Assembly: GCA_965243135.1 (NCBI GenBank)
Contig: OZ251539.1
Location: forward strand, 3,936,001-4,000,000
Source of the DNA: Alphaproteobacteria bacterium
GTDB taxonomy: Bacteria > Pseudomonadota > Alphaproteobacteria > MPNO01 > UBA830
Length of the DNA: 64,000 bases
Direction of reading: 5' to 3'
Part shown: one piece after another, positions 51,157 to 61,615 of the stretch
Numbering within the stretch: the stretch's first letter is position 1
Layout: the number at the start of each line of letters is the position of its first letter
The notes under the pieces: model-generated
The model's database searches: none
Told to the model about the DNA's origin: nothing
What the model saw: the letters and a program-made list of their open reading frames with translations, nothing else
Made by a program: the position numbers and the translations under genes

Positions 51157-52605
51157 ATGACCGCCGCTGCCCACATCGATCCGCGCGTTCTCGAACGCAT
51201 CAGCGCCGTCGTCGGCGACGCCGGGATCGTCGCGGACGCTTCGGACATGGCTCCCTATCTGACGGACGAGCGCGGGCAATACACGGGCGCGACGCCGATG
51301 GTGGTTCGTCCGGCCACGGTCGCCGAGGTGTCCGAGACCGTCCGCATCTGCCACGAGACCTCGACGCCCATCGTGCCGCAAGGCGGCAACACCGGGCTGT
51401 GCGGCGCCGCGACGCCTCACGAGCACGGCGGCGAGATCCTGGTCTCCCTGACGCGCCTCGACCGCGTGCGCGAAATCGATCCGCTCAACTACACGATCAC
51501 CGTCGAGGCGGGCGTGATCCTCGCCGACGTCCAGAAGGCGGCCGAGGAGGCCGACCGTTACTTCCCGCTGAGTCTCGGCGGCGAAGGAACGGCGCGGATC
51601 GGCGGCAACCTGTCCACCAACGCGGGCGGCACCGGCGTGCTGCGCTACGGCCCCGCCCGCGACCTGTGCCTGGGCCTCGAAGCGGTGCTGCCGGACGGGC
51701 GCGTGTGGAACGGCCTGACGGGGCTCCGAAAGGACAATACGGGATACGACCTCAAGCACCTCTTCATCGGCGCGGAGGGAACGCTCGGCATCATCACCGC
51801 CGCGTGCCTGAAGCTGTTTCCCAGGGCGGCAGGCGTCCAGACCGCCTTCCTCGCGGTGCGCGACCCGTCCGCGGCGGTGGAACTTCTGGCGCGGGCGCGG
51901 CGCGCGACCGACGACCGGGTGGAAACGTTCGAATACATGGCGCGGCAGGCGCTCGATTTCGTGTTTCGCCACGTCGCCGGCGCCCGCGACCCCTTCTCCC
52001 GGCGCTACGGCCATTACCTGATGATCGAATTCGCCGCGGACGACGCGGACGGACTGCGGGAGACGACGGAAACGATGCTGGCGGCCGCTCTCGCCGACGG
52101 CATCGTTCTCGACGCCGCCCTCGCCGAAAGCGGCCGCCAGGCCGAAGATTTCCGGAAGATCCGCGAAACCATTCCCGAAGCGCAACGGCAGGAAGGCGCG
52201 AGCGTCAAGCACGACGTTTCGGTGCCGGTCTCCAGGGTGCCGGTTCTTCTGGACGAAGTCGCGGCCGAGGTCGAGGCCCTCGTGCCGGGCGTCCGCTGCT
52301 GCGCCTTCGGCCACGTCGGCGACGGCAACGTCCACTTCAACTTCAGCCGGCCGACGGACATGACCGACGCCGGATTCCTCGCGCGCGAAGCGGAAGTCCA
52401 CCGCCTCGTCTACGACCGCGCCGTCGCCATGGGCGGATCGATCAGCGCCGAGCACGGCATCGGCCGCCTTCGCCGCGACGCGCTCCGGACGTACAAGTCG
52501 CCGGTCGCGCTCGACGTCATGCGCGCGATAAAATCGGCGCTCGACCCGAAGGGAATCATGAACCCGGGCAAGGTGCTTCCGCCCGCCGCAGGAGTAGATC
52601 CGTGA
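51157..52605 (+). CDS. FAD-binding oxidoreductase (D-2-hydroxyacid dehydrogenase-like)
   Basis: PQGGNTGL, LRKDNTGYDL, GAEGTLG, GHVGDGNVH, SAEHGIG. Confidence 0.92.
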   Translation: MTAAAHIDPRVLERISAVVGDAGIVADASDMAPYLTDERGQYTGATPMVVRPATVAEVSETVRICHETSTPIVPQGGNTGLCGAATPHEHGGEILVSLTRLDRVREIDPLNYTITVEAGVILADVQKAAEEADRYFPLSLGGEGTARIGGNLSTNAGGTGVLRYGPARDLCLGLEAVLPDGRVWNGLTGLRKDNTGYDLKHLFIGAEGTLGIITAACLKLFPRAAGVQTAFLAVRDPSAAVELLARARRATDDRVETFEYMARQALDFVFRHVAGARDPFSRRYGHYLMIEFAADDADGLRETTETMLAAALADGIVLDAALAESGRQAEDFRKIRETIPEAQRQEGASVKHDVSVPVSRVPVLLDEVAAEVEALVPGVRCCAFGHVGDGNVHFNFSRPTDMTDAGFLAREAEVHRLVYDRAVAMGGSISAEHGIGRLRRDALRTYKSPVALDVMRAIKSALDPKGIMNPGKVLPPAAGVDP

Positions 52606-54368
52606 CGGAATACAACGCTCCCCTCCGCGAAATGCAGTTCGTCGTCGAGGAACTCAACGGGCTTGCCGAGATCGCCGCCCTGCCCGGCCACGAAGACGCC
52701 ACCCCGGACGTCGCGCGCGCCATCTTCGAAGAGGCGGGACGGCTGGGCCGCGAAGTGCTCTCGCCGCTCAACCGCGCCGGAGACCTGGAAGGCGCGAAAC
52801 TCGAAAACGGCGTCGTCCGGACGCCGCCGGGGTTCAGGGAAGCCTATCGGGCCTACGTCGACGGCGGCTGGAACGCGCTGCAGCTCGACCGCGAGATCGG
52901 CGGCCAGGGACTGCCCATGCTCGTGGCGACGCCGGTGTTCGAGATGTGGGACGCCGCGAACCTCGCCTTCATGCTGTGCCCCGTGCTGACCATCGCCGGG
53001 GCGGAAATGCTGCAGCGCTACGGCTCCGAGGAGCAGAAGGCCGCGTGGATGCCGAAGCTCGTCACCGGCGAATGGACCGGCACCATGGTGCTGACCGAGC
53101 CCGGCGCGGGTTCGGACGTGGGCGCCATCAAGACCCGCGCCGTTCCCGACGGCGACGCCTACCGCCTCTCCGGCCAGAAGATCTTCACGACCTGGGGCGA
53201 TCATGACTTCACCGAGAACATCGTGCACATGGTCCTGGCGCGGACGCCCGGCGCGCCGCCGGGAACGCGCGGCATTTCGCTCTTCATCGTCCCCAAGTTC
53301 CTCGTCGGCGACGACGGCGCGCCCGGCCGCCGCAACGACCTGCGGCCGGTCTCGCTCGAGCGCAAGCTCGGAATACACGGAAGCCCGACCTGCGTGATGC
53401 AGTTCGGCGAGAACGAGGGCGCGGTCGGCTACCTCGTGGGCGAGGAATGCCGCGGCATGGAGTACATGTTCGCGATGATGAACAACGCCCGCCTCGCGGT
53501 CGGCCGGGAGGGCGTCGGCATCGCCGAGCGGGCCTACCAGCAGGCGGCGGCCTACGCCCGGGAAAGAGTCCAGGGCCGCGACGCGGCGAACCCGGGCGCC
53601 GGCGACGTCGCGATCGTCCGCCATCCCGACGTGCGGCGGAACCTCATGACCATGCGCGCCCTGACCGAGGCCGGACGCGCCCTGGGCTGCTACGTCGCGG
53701 CGCGGCAGGACTTCGCCCGCAGGCATCCGGATCCGGAAGCCCGCGCCCGCGCCCGCGAACGGGTCGAACTCCTCGTCCCGGTCGTCAAGGCCTGGTCGAC
53801 GGATTGCGGCGTCGAGGCCGCGTCTCTCGGAGTCCAGATCCACGGCGGCGCGGGCTTCATCGAAGAGACGGGCGCCGCTCAGCACTATCGCGACAGCCGC
53901 ATCACGCCGATCTACGAAGGCACGAACGGCATCCAGGCGATCGACCTGCTGTCGCGCAAGATCATGCGCGACGGGGGCGCGGCGCTCGGCCGGCTGCTGG
54001 ACGAGATGCGGGCGACCGAAATCTCCGAACCGGACATCGCCGACGGGTTCCGCAAGGCGCTTGCCTCCTTCCGGGCCGCCGCGGACCGGTTGCTCGCGAC
54101 GGAAGAGTTCGGCGAGACCCTGGCCGGAGCGACGCCCTGCCTCAGGGCTCTGGGCTTCCTGACCGGCGGCTGGCTGATGGCGAGGTCGGCCGAAATCTCC
54201 GCCCGGGCGCTCGCGGACGGACCTGGCGACGACGCGCCGTTCTATCGCGCGAAGTCCGCGACCGCGCGTTTCTACGCCAACAATCTTCTGCCCCAGGTCG
54301 AAGCCAACGCCAAGGCGGCCGCCTCCGGTTCGGCCGACGTCATGGCGCTGGCGGACGAAGCGTTCTGA
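52602..54368 (+). CDS. Acyl-CoA dehydrogenase
   Basis: GTMVLTEP.AGSD, KLGIHGSPTC, HGGAGFIEE, IYEGTNGIQAID. Confidence 0.93.
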   Translation: MTEYNAPLREMQFVVEELNGLAEIAALPGHEDATPDVARAIFEEAGRLGREVLSPLNRAGDLEGAKLENGVVRTPPGFREAYRAYVDGGWNALQLDREIGGQGLPMLVATPVFEMWDAANLAFMLCPVLTIAGAEMLQRYGSEEQKAAWMPKLVTGEWTGTMVLTEPGAGSDVGAIKTRAVPDGDAYRLSGQKIFTTWGDHDFTENIVHMVLARTPGAPPGTRGISLFIVPKFLVGDDGAPGRRNDLRPVSLERKLGIHGSPTCVMQFGENEGAVGYLVGEECRGMEYMFAMMNNARLAVGREGVGIAERAYQQAAAYARERVQGRDAANPGAGDVAIVRHPDVRRNLMTMRALTEAGRALGCYVAARQDFARRHPDPEARARARERVELLVPVVKAWSTDCGVEAASLGVQIHGGAGFIEETGAAQHYRDSRITPIYEGTNGIQAIDLLSRKIMRDGGAALGRLLDEMRATEISEPDIADGFRKALASFRAAADRLLATEEFGETLAGATPCLRALGFLTGGWLMARSAEISARALADGPGDDAPFYRAKSATARFYANNLLPQVEANAKAAASGSADVMALADEAF

Positions 54369-54439
54369 CGCCTCTTGCGGACGACCGGCGAAGGGGGCAT
54401 AAGCCTTGCGCCGCCGCGCCTTTCCGGGAGAGCCCGCCA

Positions 54440-54877
54440 ATGAACGAAACCGCCTCCGGCCTGGCTTTCGCCGAGGCGCGCGAGGAGCCGCGCCGCGCCG
54501 CGCCGCGGGACTACCTGATCCGGAAGGACGGCCGAACCTACGCGGCGGCGCACGTTCTCGCGGACTTCTGGGGCGCTTCCGGGCTGGACGAAACGGGAGC
54601 CGTTGAAGTCCTCCTGCGCGGCGCCGCGGAGGCCGCCGGCGCCACCGTGCTGCAGGTCCATGCGCACGAGTTCGGCGGCGAAGGAGGCGTGTCGGGCGTG
54701 GCCATCCTCGCGGAAAGCCATATCAGCGTCCACACCTGGCCGGAAATCGACTACGCCGCGTTCGACGTCTTCATGTGCGGCGATTGCCGGCCCGACCTGG
54801 CCGTCGCCTTCCTTGACCGGCGGCTGCGTCCGCGGCGCGTCGACATTCGGGAGCATTGCCGCGGGCTCGTGAAGTGA
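54440..54877 (+). CDS. speD: S-adenosylmethionine decarboxylase proenzyme
   Basis: GVSGVAILAESHISVHTWPE..DVFMCG. Confidence 0.92.
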   Translation: MNETASGLAFAEAREEPRRAAPRDYLIRKDGRTYAAAHVLADFWGASGLDETGAVEVLLRGAAEAAGATVLQVHAHEFGGEGGVSGVAILAESHISVHTWPEIDYAAFDVFMCGDCRPDLAVAFLDRRLRPRRVDIREHCRGLVK

Positions 54878-55728
54878 CTCCGGCCGGCTGGTTCTCGGAA
54901 ACCCTTTACCCGGATTGCCAGCAACGCTTCGCGATGACGCGCGTGCTGCTCGAATCCCGAACCGACATGCAGGACATCCTCATCTTCGAGAATCCGACCT
55001 TCGGCCGGGTGCTCGTGCTCGACGGCATCGTCCAGACCACCGACCGCGACGAGTTCTGCTACCACGAGATGCTGGCCCACGTTCCGATCCTCGCGCACGG
55101 CGCGGCGAAGAACGTGCTGATCGTCGGCGGCGGCGACGGCGGCGCGCTCCGCGAGGTGCTCAGGCACCGCGCGGTGGAACGCGCGACGATGGTGGAAATC
55201 GACGGCGGGGTGATCGACGCCTGCCGCGAGTACCTGCCGGGCCTGAGCGCCGGGGCGTTCGACGACCCTCGCGCCGAGCTCGTCGTCGCGAACGGCCTGC
55301 AGTTCGTCAAGGAAACCGACGAACGCTTCGACGTGGTGATCGTCGACTCGACGGATCCCGTCGGCCCCTCGCTGCCCCTGTTCTCCAACGCGTTCTATCG
55401 CGATTGCAGCGCGGCGATGACCCCCGACGGCGTCGTCGTCTGCCAGACCGGGGTCAGTTTCGCGCAGGAAAACGAGGCGAAGGACACCTACCGCCGCCTG
55501 GGCCGCGCGTTCGAGGACGCCTCGCTGTACATCACCCACGTGCCGACCTACGGCTTCGGCTACATGATGCTGGGCTGGGGCGCGAACAGCGTCCGGCCGC
55601 GCGCGACCGGCGCGGAGACGATCCGCCGGCGTTTCGCGGAGTCCGGCATCGAAACCCGCTACTACACCCCCGGCATTCATTCGAGCTGCTTCGAAATGCC
55701 CGCCTACATGCAGATTCTCAAGAGCTGA
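54874..55728 (+). CDS. speE: Spermidine synthase
   Basis: LDGIVQTT, VLIVGGGDGG, IVDSTDPVGP. Confidence 0.92.
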   Translation: MTPAGWFSETLYPDCQQRFAMTRVLLESRTDMQDILIFENPTFGRVLVLDGIVQTTDRDEFCYHEMLAHVPILAHGAAKNVLIVGGGDGGALREVLRHRAVERATMVEIDGGVIDACREYLPGLSAGAFDDPRAELVVANGLQFVKETDERFDVVIVDSTDPVGPSLPLFSNAFYRDCSAAMTPDGVVVCQTGVSFAQENEAKDTYRRLGRAFEDASLYITHVPTYGFGYMMLGWGANSVRPRATGAETIRRRFAESGIETRYYTPGIHSSCFEMPAYMQILKS

Positions 55729-55742
55729 CGGCCGGCCGCCCC

Positions 55743-57251
55743 CTACGAATCGCCCGCCGCTTCCGCGGCGCGCTCCCGCAGCTCGCGGCGATCGATTTTG
55801 TTGGTGCCGGACAGCGGCAGGGATTCGACGAAGAAAACGCGCCGCGGATGCGCGTAGGCCGGCCCGTTGTCCAGCGCGTAGCGCTTGACTGCATCCTCGT
55901 CGAGTTCCGCGCCGCCGCGCGGCACGATCCAGGCGTAGGGAACGTGGGCCTTCAACCGGTTGGGCGCGGGCACGACCGCCGCCTGCATGACGTCCGCGTG
56001 CCGTTCGAGCATCGCCTCGACCTCGCCGGGGTACACGTTCTCTCCGGCGCAAACGAACATGTCGTCGGCGCGCCCCACGAAGTAATGCCATCCGTCGGCG
56101 TCGCGGCGGAGGATGTCGCCGGTGTTCAGCCAGCCGTCCTTCCCGAGAACCTTCGCGGTCTCTTCGGGAAGGTTGTGATATCCCTTCATCACGCCCGGGC
56201 TCCGGACATGGAGCACTCCCTGGTCGCCGCCGCCCGAGAGCGCGGTCTCGACGCCGTCGATCGGGAAGCCGACCGACGTCCTCGGGCGCGGCAGGCCGTC
56301 CGGATGACTCCACGAGAACAGGATGGGGCCGCCCTCGGTGATGCCGTAGTTGAGGTTGAGCCCGGCGTCCGGGAAACGCAGGGCGAGCGAATCGAGCAGG
56401 CTGCCGGACGCCGGCGCCGACCCCATGGAGCAGTTGCGCACCGACGAGAGATCGGTCCGGTCCAGAAGCGACTCCTCCTGCAGGGCGAGCGCGTACATGG
56501 TGGGCACGCCCGTCAGCATGGTGAGGCGGTAGCGTTCGATCGCCCGGACGTAGGCTTGCGGATCGAACCGCGAGAACAGCACGACCCGGCCCCCCGCCGC
56601 CAGCGCGGACTTGACCGCGAGCAGCGCGTTCTTGTGGTAGAGCGGAGCGGCGACGGCCGAGCAGTCGTCGGCGCGGATGTCGCGGCTTTCGACGATCCTG
56701 GCGATCATCCACACTTGGCCCGCGTGGTCGAGCAGGACTCCCTTGGGCCGGCCGGTCGACCCCGACGTGTAGGGCTGTTCGGCGATGTCGTCCGCGCCGG
56801 GAAAGAAGGACGGGTACGGTTCGCCCGAACGGACCTTGAACCGTTCGAAGGGATCGCCGCCGCCCCCGAATGCGACGGTGCGCACGCCGTCCGGAACCCG
56901 CCGCGCCTGATCCGGATCGGCGAACGCGATCTTGATTCCCGCGTCGCGGACGATGTAGGCGACCGTTTCGTCGGGCAGCTTGACGTTGATCATGACCGGC
57001 ACGCAGCCCGCCCGCATCGCGCCGAACAGAACTTCGAGAAACTCCACGCGGTTGAGGGCGAGAATGCCGACCCGCTCGCCCGGCGCCGTCCCCGCGACCA
57101 GCAACCCGTTGGCGACCGCGTCGCAAGCGGCGTCGAAGTCGCGGTAACCGAATTCCCTGGGGCGTTCCGGTTCGCGGAGGTCGACGATCGCGACGCGATC
57201 GGAGGCGGCGTGCGGCCGGAAGACGTCCCCGAGGTTTCCGGTGTCCTCCAT
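55743..57251 (-). CDS. AMP-dependent acyl-CoA synthetase
   Basis: YTSGSTGRPKG, YGITE, TGD, GENVYP. Confidence 0.9.
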   Translation of the reverse strand: MEDTGNLGDVFRPHAASDRVAIVDLREPERPREFGYRDFDAACDAVANGLLVAGTAPGERVGILALNRVEFLEVLFGAMRAGCVPVMINVKLPDETVAYIVRDAGIKIAFADPDQARRVPDGVRTVAFGGGGDPFERFKVRSGEPYPSFFPGADDIAEQPYTSGSTGRPKGVLLDHAGQVWMIARIVESRDIRADDCSAVAAPLYHKNALLAVKSALAAGGRVVLFSRFDPQAYVRAIERYRLTMLTGVPTMYALALQEESLLDRTDLSSVRNCSMGSAPASGSLLDSLALRFPDAGLNLNYGITEGGPILFSWSHPDGLPRPRTSVGFPIDGVETALSGGGDQGVLHVRSPGVMKGYHNLPEETAKVLGKDGWLNTGDILRRDADGWHYFVGRADDMFVCAGENVYPGEVEAMLERHADVMQAAVVPAPNRLKAHVPYAWIVPRGGAELDEDAVKRYALDNGPAYAHPRRVFFVESLPLSGTNKIDRRELRERAAEAAGDS

Positions 57252-57276
57252 GGCGGTTCTGTCCTCCGGCGCCGCG

Positions 57277-58284
57277 TCAGGGCGTGATCACGATCTTCCC
57301 GATCACTTCGCGGTCGCGCAGGCGCCGCACGCCCTCCGCGGTCCGCTCAAGCGGCAGCACCGTGTCGATCACCGGGCTCAATTCGCCGCGGGAGATCAAC
57401 TTCATCAACGTTTCGAGATCTTCGACGGTCCAGGAGTTCGAGCCGAGTATTTTCAGTTCGAAGGTCCAGACGTAGCGCAGGTCCTCGGCGGGGTCGTAGC
57501 CGGCCGTCGCGCCGCAGGTCAGGATCTTGCCGCCGCGGCGGGTGGCCTTGAGGGACGGCACCCAGGTGTCGCCGCCCGTGAAATTGATCGTCACGTCGAC
57601 GCCGCCCTCGAACCGCCGGCGGTGCGGCTTTCCGTAAAGCCCGTAGATCGTCTTCTCGAAATCCTCGTACCCGATCACGTGATCGGCGCCCCACGCCTCG
57701 AGAGCCGACAGTTTTTCGGGACTCGAGCCGGCCGCGACCACTTCGCAGCCCATCATCTTGGCGAGCAGCACGCAACAGGAGCCGACTCCGCCCGACGCGC
57801 CGAGAACGAGAACCTTTTCGCCCCCCTGCATGCCGCCGTTGGCGACCATCATCCGGTGCGCCGTGCCGTAGGCGACCGGCAACGCCGCCGCCTGCTCGTA
57901 AGAGCACCCGTCGGGTATCCGGATCAGGCGGGTCGCGTCGACCGCGCACAATTCGGCCGTGCCGCCGTCGAGCATCTCGCCCATCAGCCCCTTCTCGGGA
58001 GCGATCGGGTCGAGCGGATTGACGAGCGCGCGGTCGCCCGGCGCCCAGCCATCGACTCCTTCGCCGATCTCGAGGATCTCGCCCGCGATATCGAGGCCGA
58101 TGACGATCGGCAACGGCACCTTGATCCCCGGCATGCCTTTGGTGGTGAAGACGTCGTGATAGTTGAGCGAGGTCGCCCTGACGCGCAAGACGACCTGGCC
58201 CGCGCCGCGCGCCGGATCCCTGTAATCGGCGTGGTAGACCAGATTGTCGATATCGCCGTGTTCGTGCAGGACGACTGCGCGCAC
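57277..58284 (-). CDS. MDR-family (quinone-reductase-like) dehydrogenase
   Basis: SLNYHD, GLDIAG, VLGASGGVG, GKIVI. Confidence 0.88.
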   Translation of the reverse strand: MRAVVLHEHGDIDNLVYHADYRDPARGAGQVVLRVRATSLNYHDVFTTKGMPGIKVPLPIVIGLDIAGEILEIGEGVDGWAPGDRALVNPLDPIAPEKGLMGEMLDGGTAELCAVDATRLIRIPDGCSYEQAAALPVAYGTAHRMMVANGGMQGGEKVLVLGASGGVGSCCVLLAKMMGCEVVAAGSSPEKLSALEAWGADHVIGYEDFEKTIYGLYGKPHRRRFEGGVDVTINFTGGDTWVPSLKATRRGGKILTCGATAGYDPAEDLRYVWTFELKILGSNSWTVEDLETLMKLISRGELSPVIDTVLPLERTAEGVRRLRDREVIGKIVITP

Positions 58285-58465
58285 CTCGTTCTCCCTCATG
58301 CCGGGGGCGGACCCCCTCCCGCGGGTCAGGGAATAGCGCGCCGCGGCCTGCGCCGTCAAGCCGGGCGCGTGGAACCGGTCCGCCGACGGCGCGGATTTTC
58401 CGGGAGCGCCCGGCGACCCTATACTGTCGTCGGCGGTTTGCCGGAATATTGGAAGATCGTTCCGG

Positions 58466-58924
58466 ATGGATGCGACAGACCGGAAAATCCTTCGCCTCCT
58501 GCAGGAAGACGCGACGCTTCCGGTGACGGAAATCGCGCTGCGCGTCGGCCTGTCCGCGACGCCTTGCTGGCGGCGCATCCGGAAACTGGAGGAGTCCGGC
58601 GTCATTCGCGCGCGGGTGGCGCTTCTCGACGCCGAGAAACTGAACGCCGGCGTCACGGTCTTCGTGTCCATCAGGACCGACAGGCACGACGCGGCCTGGT
58701 ACGAGCGTTTTTCGGAGGTCGTCACGGAGTTTCCCGAAGTCGTCGAATTCTACCGCATGTCCGGAGACATCGATTACCTGCTCCGCGTCGTCGTGCCGGA
58801 CATCGCCGCCTATGACCGCTTCTACCGTCGCCTGATCGAAAAGGTCGAGATCTACGACGTGTCTTCCTCCTTCTCGATGGAGCAGATCAAATTCACGACG
58901 GCGCTGCCGCTGGACTACGGCTGA
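58466..58924 (+). CDS. Lrp/AsnC-family transcriptional regulator
   Basis: DRKILRLLQEDA, GLSATPCWRRI, SGDIDYLLRV. Confidence 0.92.
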   Translation: MDATDRKILRLLQEDATLPVTEIALRVGLSATPCWRRIRKLEESGVIRARVALLDAEKLNAGVTVFVSIRTDRHDAAWYERFSEVVTEFPEVVEFYRMSGDIDYLLRVVVPDIAAYDRFYRRLIEKVEIYDVSSSFSMEQIKFTTALPLDYG

Positions 58925-59006
58925 CGTCCGGCGCGCGCCGTCGCCCCCGCGCCCATCCCGCCGTCCTTTCGCCGCCGCTCGGGAAACCGGCGGTTCCGGC
59001 CGGCCC

Positions 59007-59558
59007 TCACGCCGTTCCGTCGACGATCGCCCCGCCCCGCCGACGGGAGGCGACGCGGCGGGCCAGTTCGCGAACGTGGGGATCGTCTCCGCCCATGTCC
59101 CGCAGCGCGCGGGCGAGCTCGACGACGTATTCGACGTTGGTCCCCGAAGGTCCGGCGGACCGGCGTATCTGCGCGGCGATCTCGTCCGCGCCGGCCTCGC
59201 CCAGCCAGTTGGGGTTGCCGGGCGTCGCGACGTAGACGAAGCCGTCGACGGATCCGCCGCCGGGAAAGGAAATGCGAACCTCGCGCAAAGCGTAGCCTCC
59301 CTTTTCCCGACGGTCGAGCCGGGCGATCGCCTCTTCGCGCTCGACCGTCCGGTAGGCGCGCCCCCAGCAAACGGCGCCGGGCTCGGCGATCAAGGTGACG
59401 ACGCGGCCCGGCGCGCCCGGAACGCCGCGATGATCGGTCGATCCCTGCCAGAAACGGCGCGTCCAGCCCGAAACGGTCGCCGTCCGCGCTTCCGAATGCG
59501 GAAAATCCGGCCTCCAGATAATGGAGCCGTACCCGAATACCCAGACGCCCTCCGTCAC
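59007..59558 (-). CDS. chaC: ChaC-family gamma-glutamylcyclotransferase
   Basis: WVFGYGSIIW, STDHRG..PGRVVTL, LDRRE, GPSGTNVEY. Confidence 0.85.
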   Translation of the reverse strand: MTEGVWVFGYGSIIWRPDFPHSEARTATVSGWTRRFWQGSTDHRGVPGAPGRVVTLIAEPGAVCWGRAYRTVEREEAIARLDRREKGGYALREVRISFPGGGSVDGFVYVATPGNPNWLGEAGADEIAAQIRRSAGPSGTNVEYVVELARALRDMGGDDPHVRELARRVASRRRGGAIVDGTA

Positions 59559-60478
59559 GAGGCAGGAAAAGGATCGGCGCCGCCGGCATGCAGAACGAAC
59601 GCCGCCCCCGCGCCCGCGTCGGGACGGACGACGATCCGGGCCGGCTGGTTCGCGAGCAGGGGAACGCCGCGCCCGGCGAGATAGGAACGGGTAGCGTCGA
59701 GATCGGCGCTGCGGATCGAAACCGCCGCGATGAACGGCATGCTCGGCGGGCTGACGCCGGGCAGGATCGCGCGGCACGCTTCCGCGTCGCAGAACCGGAG
59801 TTCTCCGCGATCCAGTTCGAGTCGATGGCGCTTCCCGTCGCGGATCGCCGGCCGGCCGGCGAAACGGGCGTACCTCGCCGCCGCCTCGACCGGGTCCGGG
59901 CTGCAAATCAACGCCCCCGACAGCATGTCGAGCGCATTGTCCCTGGCGGTCACGGAAGGCTGCCAGACGACGTCCGGCGTGTCCTGGGTGAGCATCTGAA
60001 CGCGCCCTTCCGGCATCCGGCCGCCGGGCAGGCGTATCACGGAAAACGCCGCGACGGCGTCGCCTCCGCCGTCGAGCGGCATCTTGCGGCGAAGCGCGAC
60101 CGGCGGCGCGGGATCGAAGCCCGCCTCGCGCAGCCGCCGGACCGCGACGTCCGCGTCGGCGACGGAGAAGGCGATCAGGTGGAGGCCGGCATACCGCGAC
60201 AGCGCGTCCTCCATCTGGCGAGCGAGCGACGAGTCGACGCCCGGCACGCGGACCAGAACCTCGAGGTAGCCGCGCGCGATCATGGCGCAGCGATTGGCGC
60301 TGCCGGAGGGGCCGCGGCTTCCGTCGGGCCGTTCGTTTTCGTGAACGGTCAGCGGCGTCATGGGAAACCCGAGACGCTCGAAATCGGCGGCCGCCGCGTC
60401 CATGTCGGGCGCGAACCATCCGACGTGGTCGAGAAAAATCTGGTCGCCGGTCGGCGTCTGGGCTTCAAGGCCCGTCAT
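59555..60478 (-). CDS. VOC/glyoxalase-like protein
   Basis: LDHVG..LGF..GSANRCAM..GYLE. Confidence 0.8.
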   Translation of the reverse strand: MTGLEAQTPTGDQIFLDHVGWFAPDMDAAAADFERLGFPMTPLTVHENERPDGSRGPSGSANRCAMIARGYLEVLVRVPGVDSSLARQMEDALSRYAGLHLIAFSVADADVAVRRLREAGFDPAPPVALRRKMPLDGGGDAVAAFSVIRLPGGRMPEGRVQMLTQDTPDVVWQPSVTARDNALDMLSGALICSPDPVEAAARYARFAGRPAIRDGKRHRLELDRGELRFCDAEACRAILPGVSPPSMPFIAAVSIRSADLDATRSYLAGRGVPLLANQPARIVVRPDAGAGAAFVLHAGGADPFPAS

Positions 60479-60619
60479 GACGCGCCGCCGTCGCGGCTCC
60501 CTGCCCTTCGGCCGCGCGGCCGCCGGGAAAGGGGCCGCAAGGGCTTCTTTCGGGAAAGCGCGACGGCACGACGCTCGACGAAAATTTTCCGACGGAACCG
60601 GTTCGCCGCGAGGCCGCGC

Positions 60620-61579
60620 CTACGCCCAGACCTCCTCCCAGGTGCCCTGGGTGGCGGCCTTGGAGTATTCGGTGGCCCGGTTTTCGAAGAAGTTGGTGTG
60701 CTCCATTCCGTTCAGCATTTCGTCCATCCATGGCAGCGGATTGCCCTCGAGGTGGTACATCGGCTGAAGTCCGAGCTGCGACAGCCGCCGGTCGGCAATG
60801 TAACGGATGTATCGCTTGACCTCGTCCGCGCGGAGGCCTTCGACTCCGCCCATCTCGAAGGCGAGATCGATGAACGCGTCCTCGTGCGTGACCATCTCCG
60901 AACAGATCATATGGAGCGACCGGCGCAAGTCCTTGGTCCAGATTTCCGGGTTTTCGGAAACGAACGTGCGGAACAGCTTGACGATCGATTCGGTGTGCAG
61001 GGATTCGTCGCGCACCGACCAGGAAACGATCTGGCCCATGCCCTTCATCTTGTTGAACCGCGGAAAATTCATGAGGATCGCGAAGCTGGCGAACAGTTGC
61101 AGGCCCTCGGTGAACCCGCCGAAGACGGCCAAGGTCCGCGCGATGTTCTCTTTGGTGTCGACGTCGAACTTCTGCAGGTAGTCGAACTTGTCCTTCATTT
61201 CCCTGTAATGGAAAAAAGCGCGGTATTCGGTTTCGGGCATGCCGATGGTGTCGAGCAAATGCGAATAGGCCGCGATGTGAACCGTTTCCATGTTCGAGAA
61301 GGCGGAAAGCATCATCTGCACTTCGGTGGGCTGGAAGACGCGCGCGTACCGCTTCATGTAGCAGTTGTTCACCTCGATGTCCGACTGCGTAAAGAACCGG
61401 AAGATCTGCGTCAGCAGGTTGCGCTCCTCGTTGGTGAGCTTGGCGTGCCAATCCTTCACGTCGTCGGCGAGGGGAACTTCCTGCGGCAGCCAGTGAACCC
61501 GCTGTTGCGTCAGCCAGGCGTCGTAGGCCCAAGGGTAGCGGAACGGCTTGTAGACCGGGTTCGCGTCCAATAACGACAT
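60620..61579 (-). CDS. nrdB: Class I ribonucleotide reductase beta subunit
   Basis: KPFRYPWA, ETVHIAAY, EGLQLF, RDESLH, NFFE. Confidence 0.95.
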   Translation of the reverse strand: MSLLDANPVYKPFRYPWAYDAWLTQQRVHWLPQEVPLADDVKDWHAKLTNEERNLLTQIFRFFTQSDIEVNNCYMKRYARVFQPTEVQMMLSAFSNMETVHIAAYSHLLDTIGMPETEYRAFFHYREMKDKFDYLQKFDVDTKENIARTLAVFGGFTEGLQLFASFAILMNFPRFNKMKGMGQIVSWSVRDESLHTESIVKLFRTFVSENPEIWTKDLRRSLHMICSEMVTHEDAFIDLAFEMGGVEGLRADEVKRYIRYIADRRLSQLGLQPMYHLEGNPLPWMDEMLNGMEHTNFFENRATEYSKAATQGTWEEVWA

Positions 61580-61615
61580 CTTCACTCCTTCAATGCTTCG
61601 CCGGAGAAAGCCGTC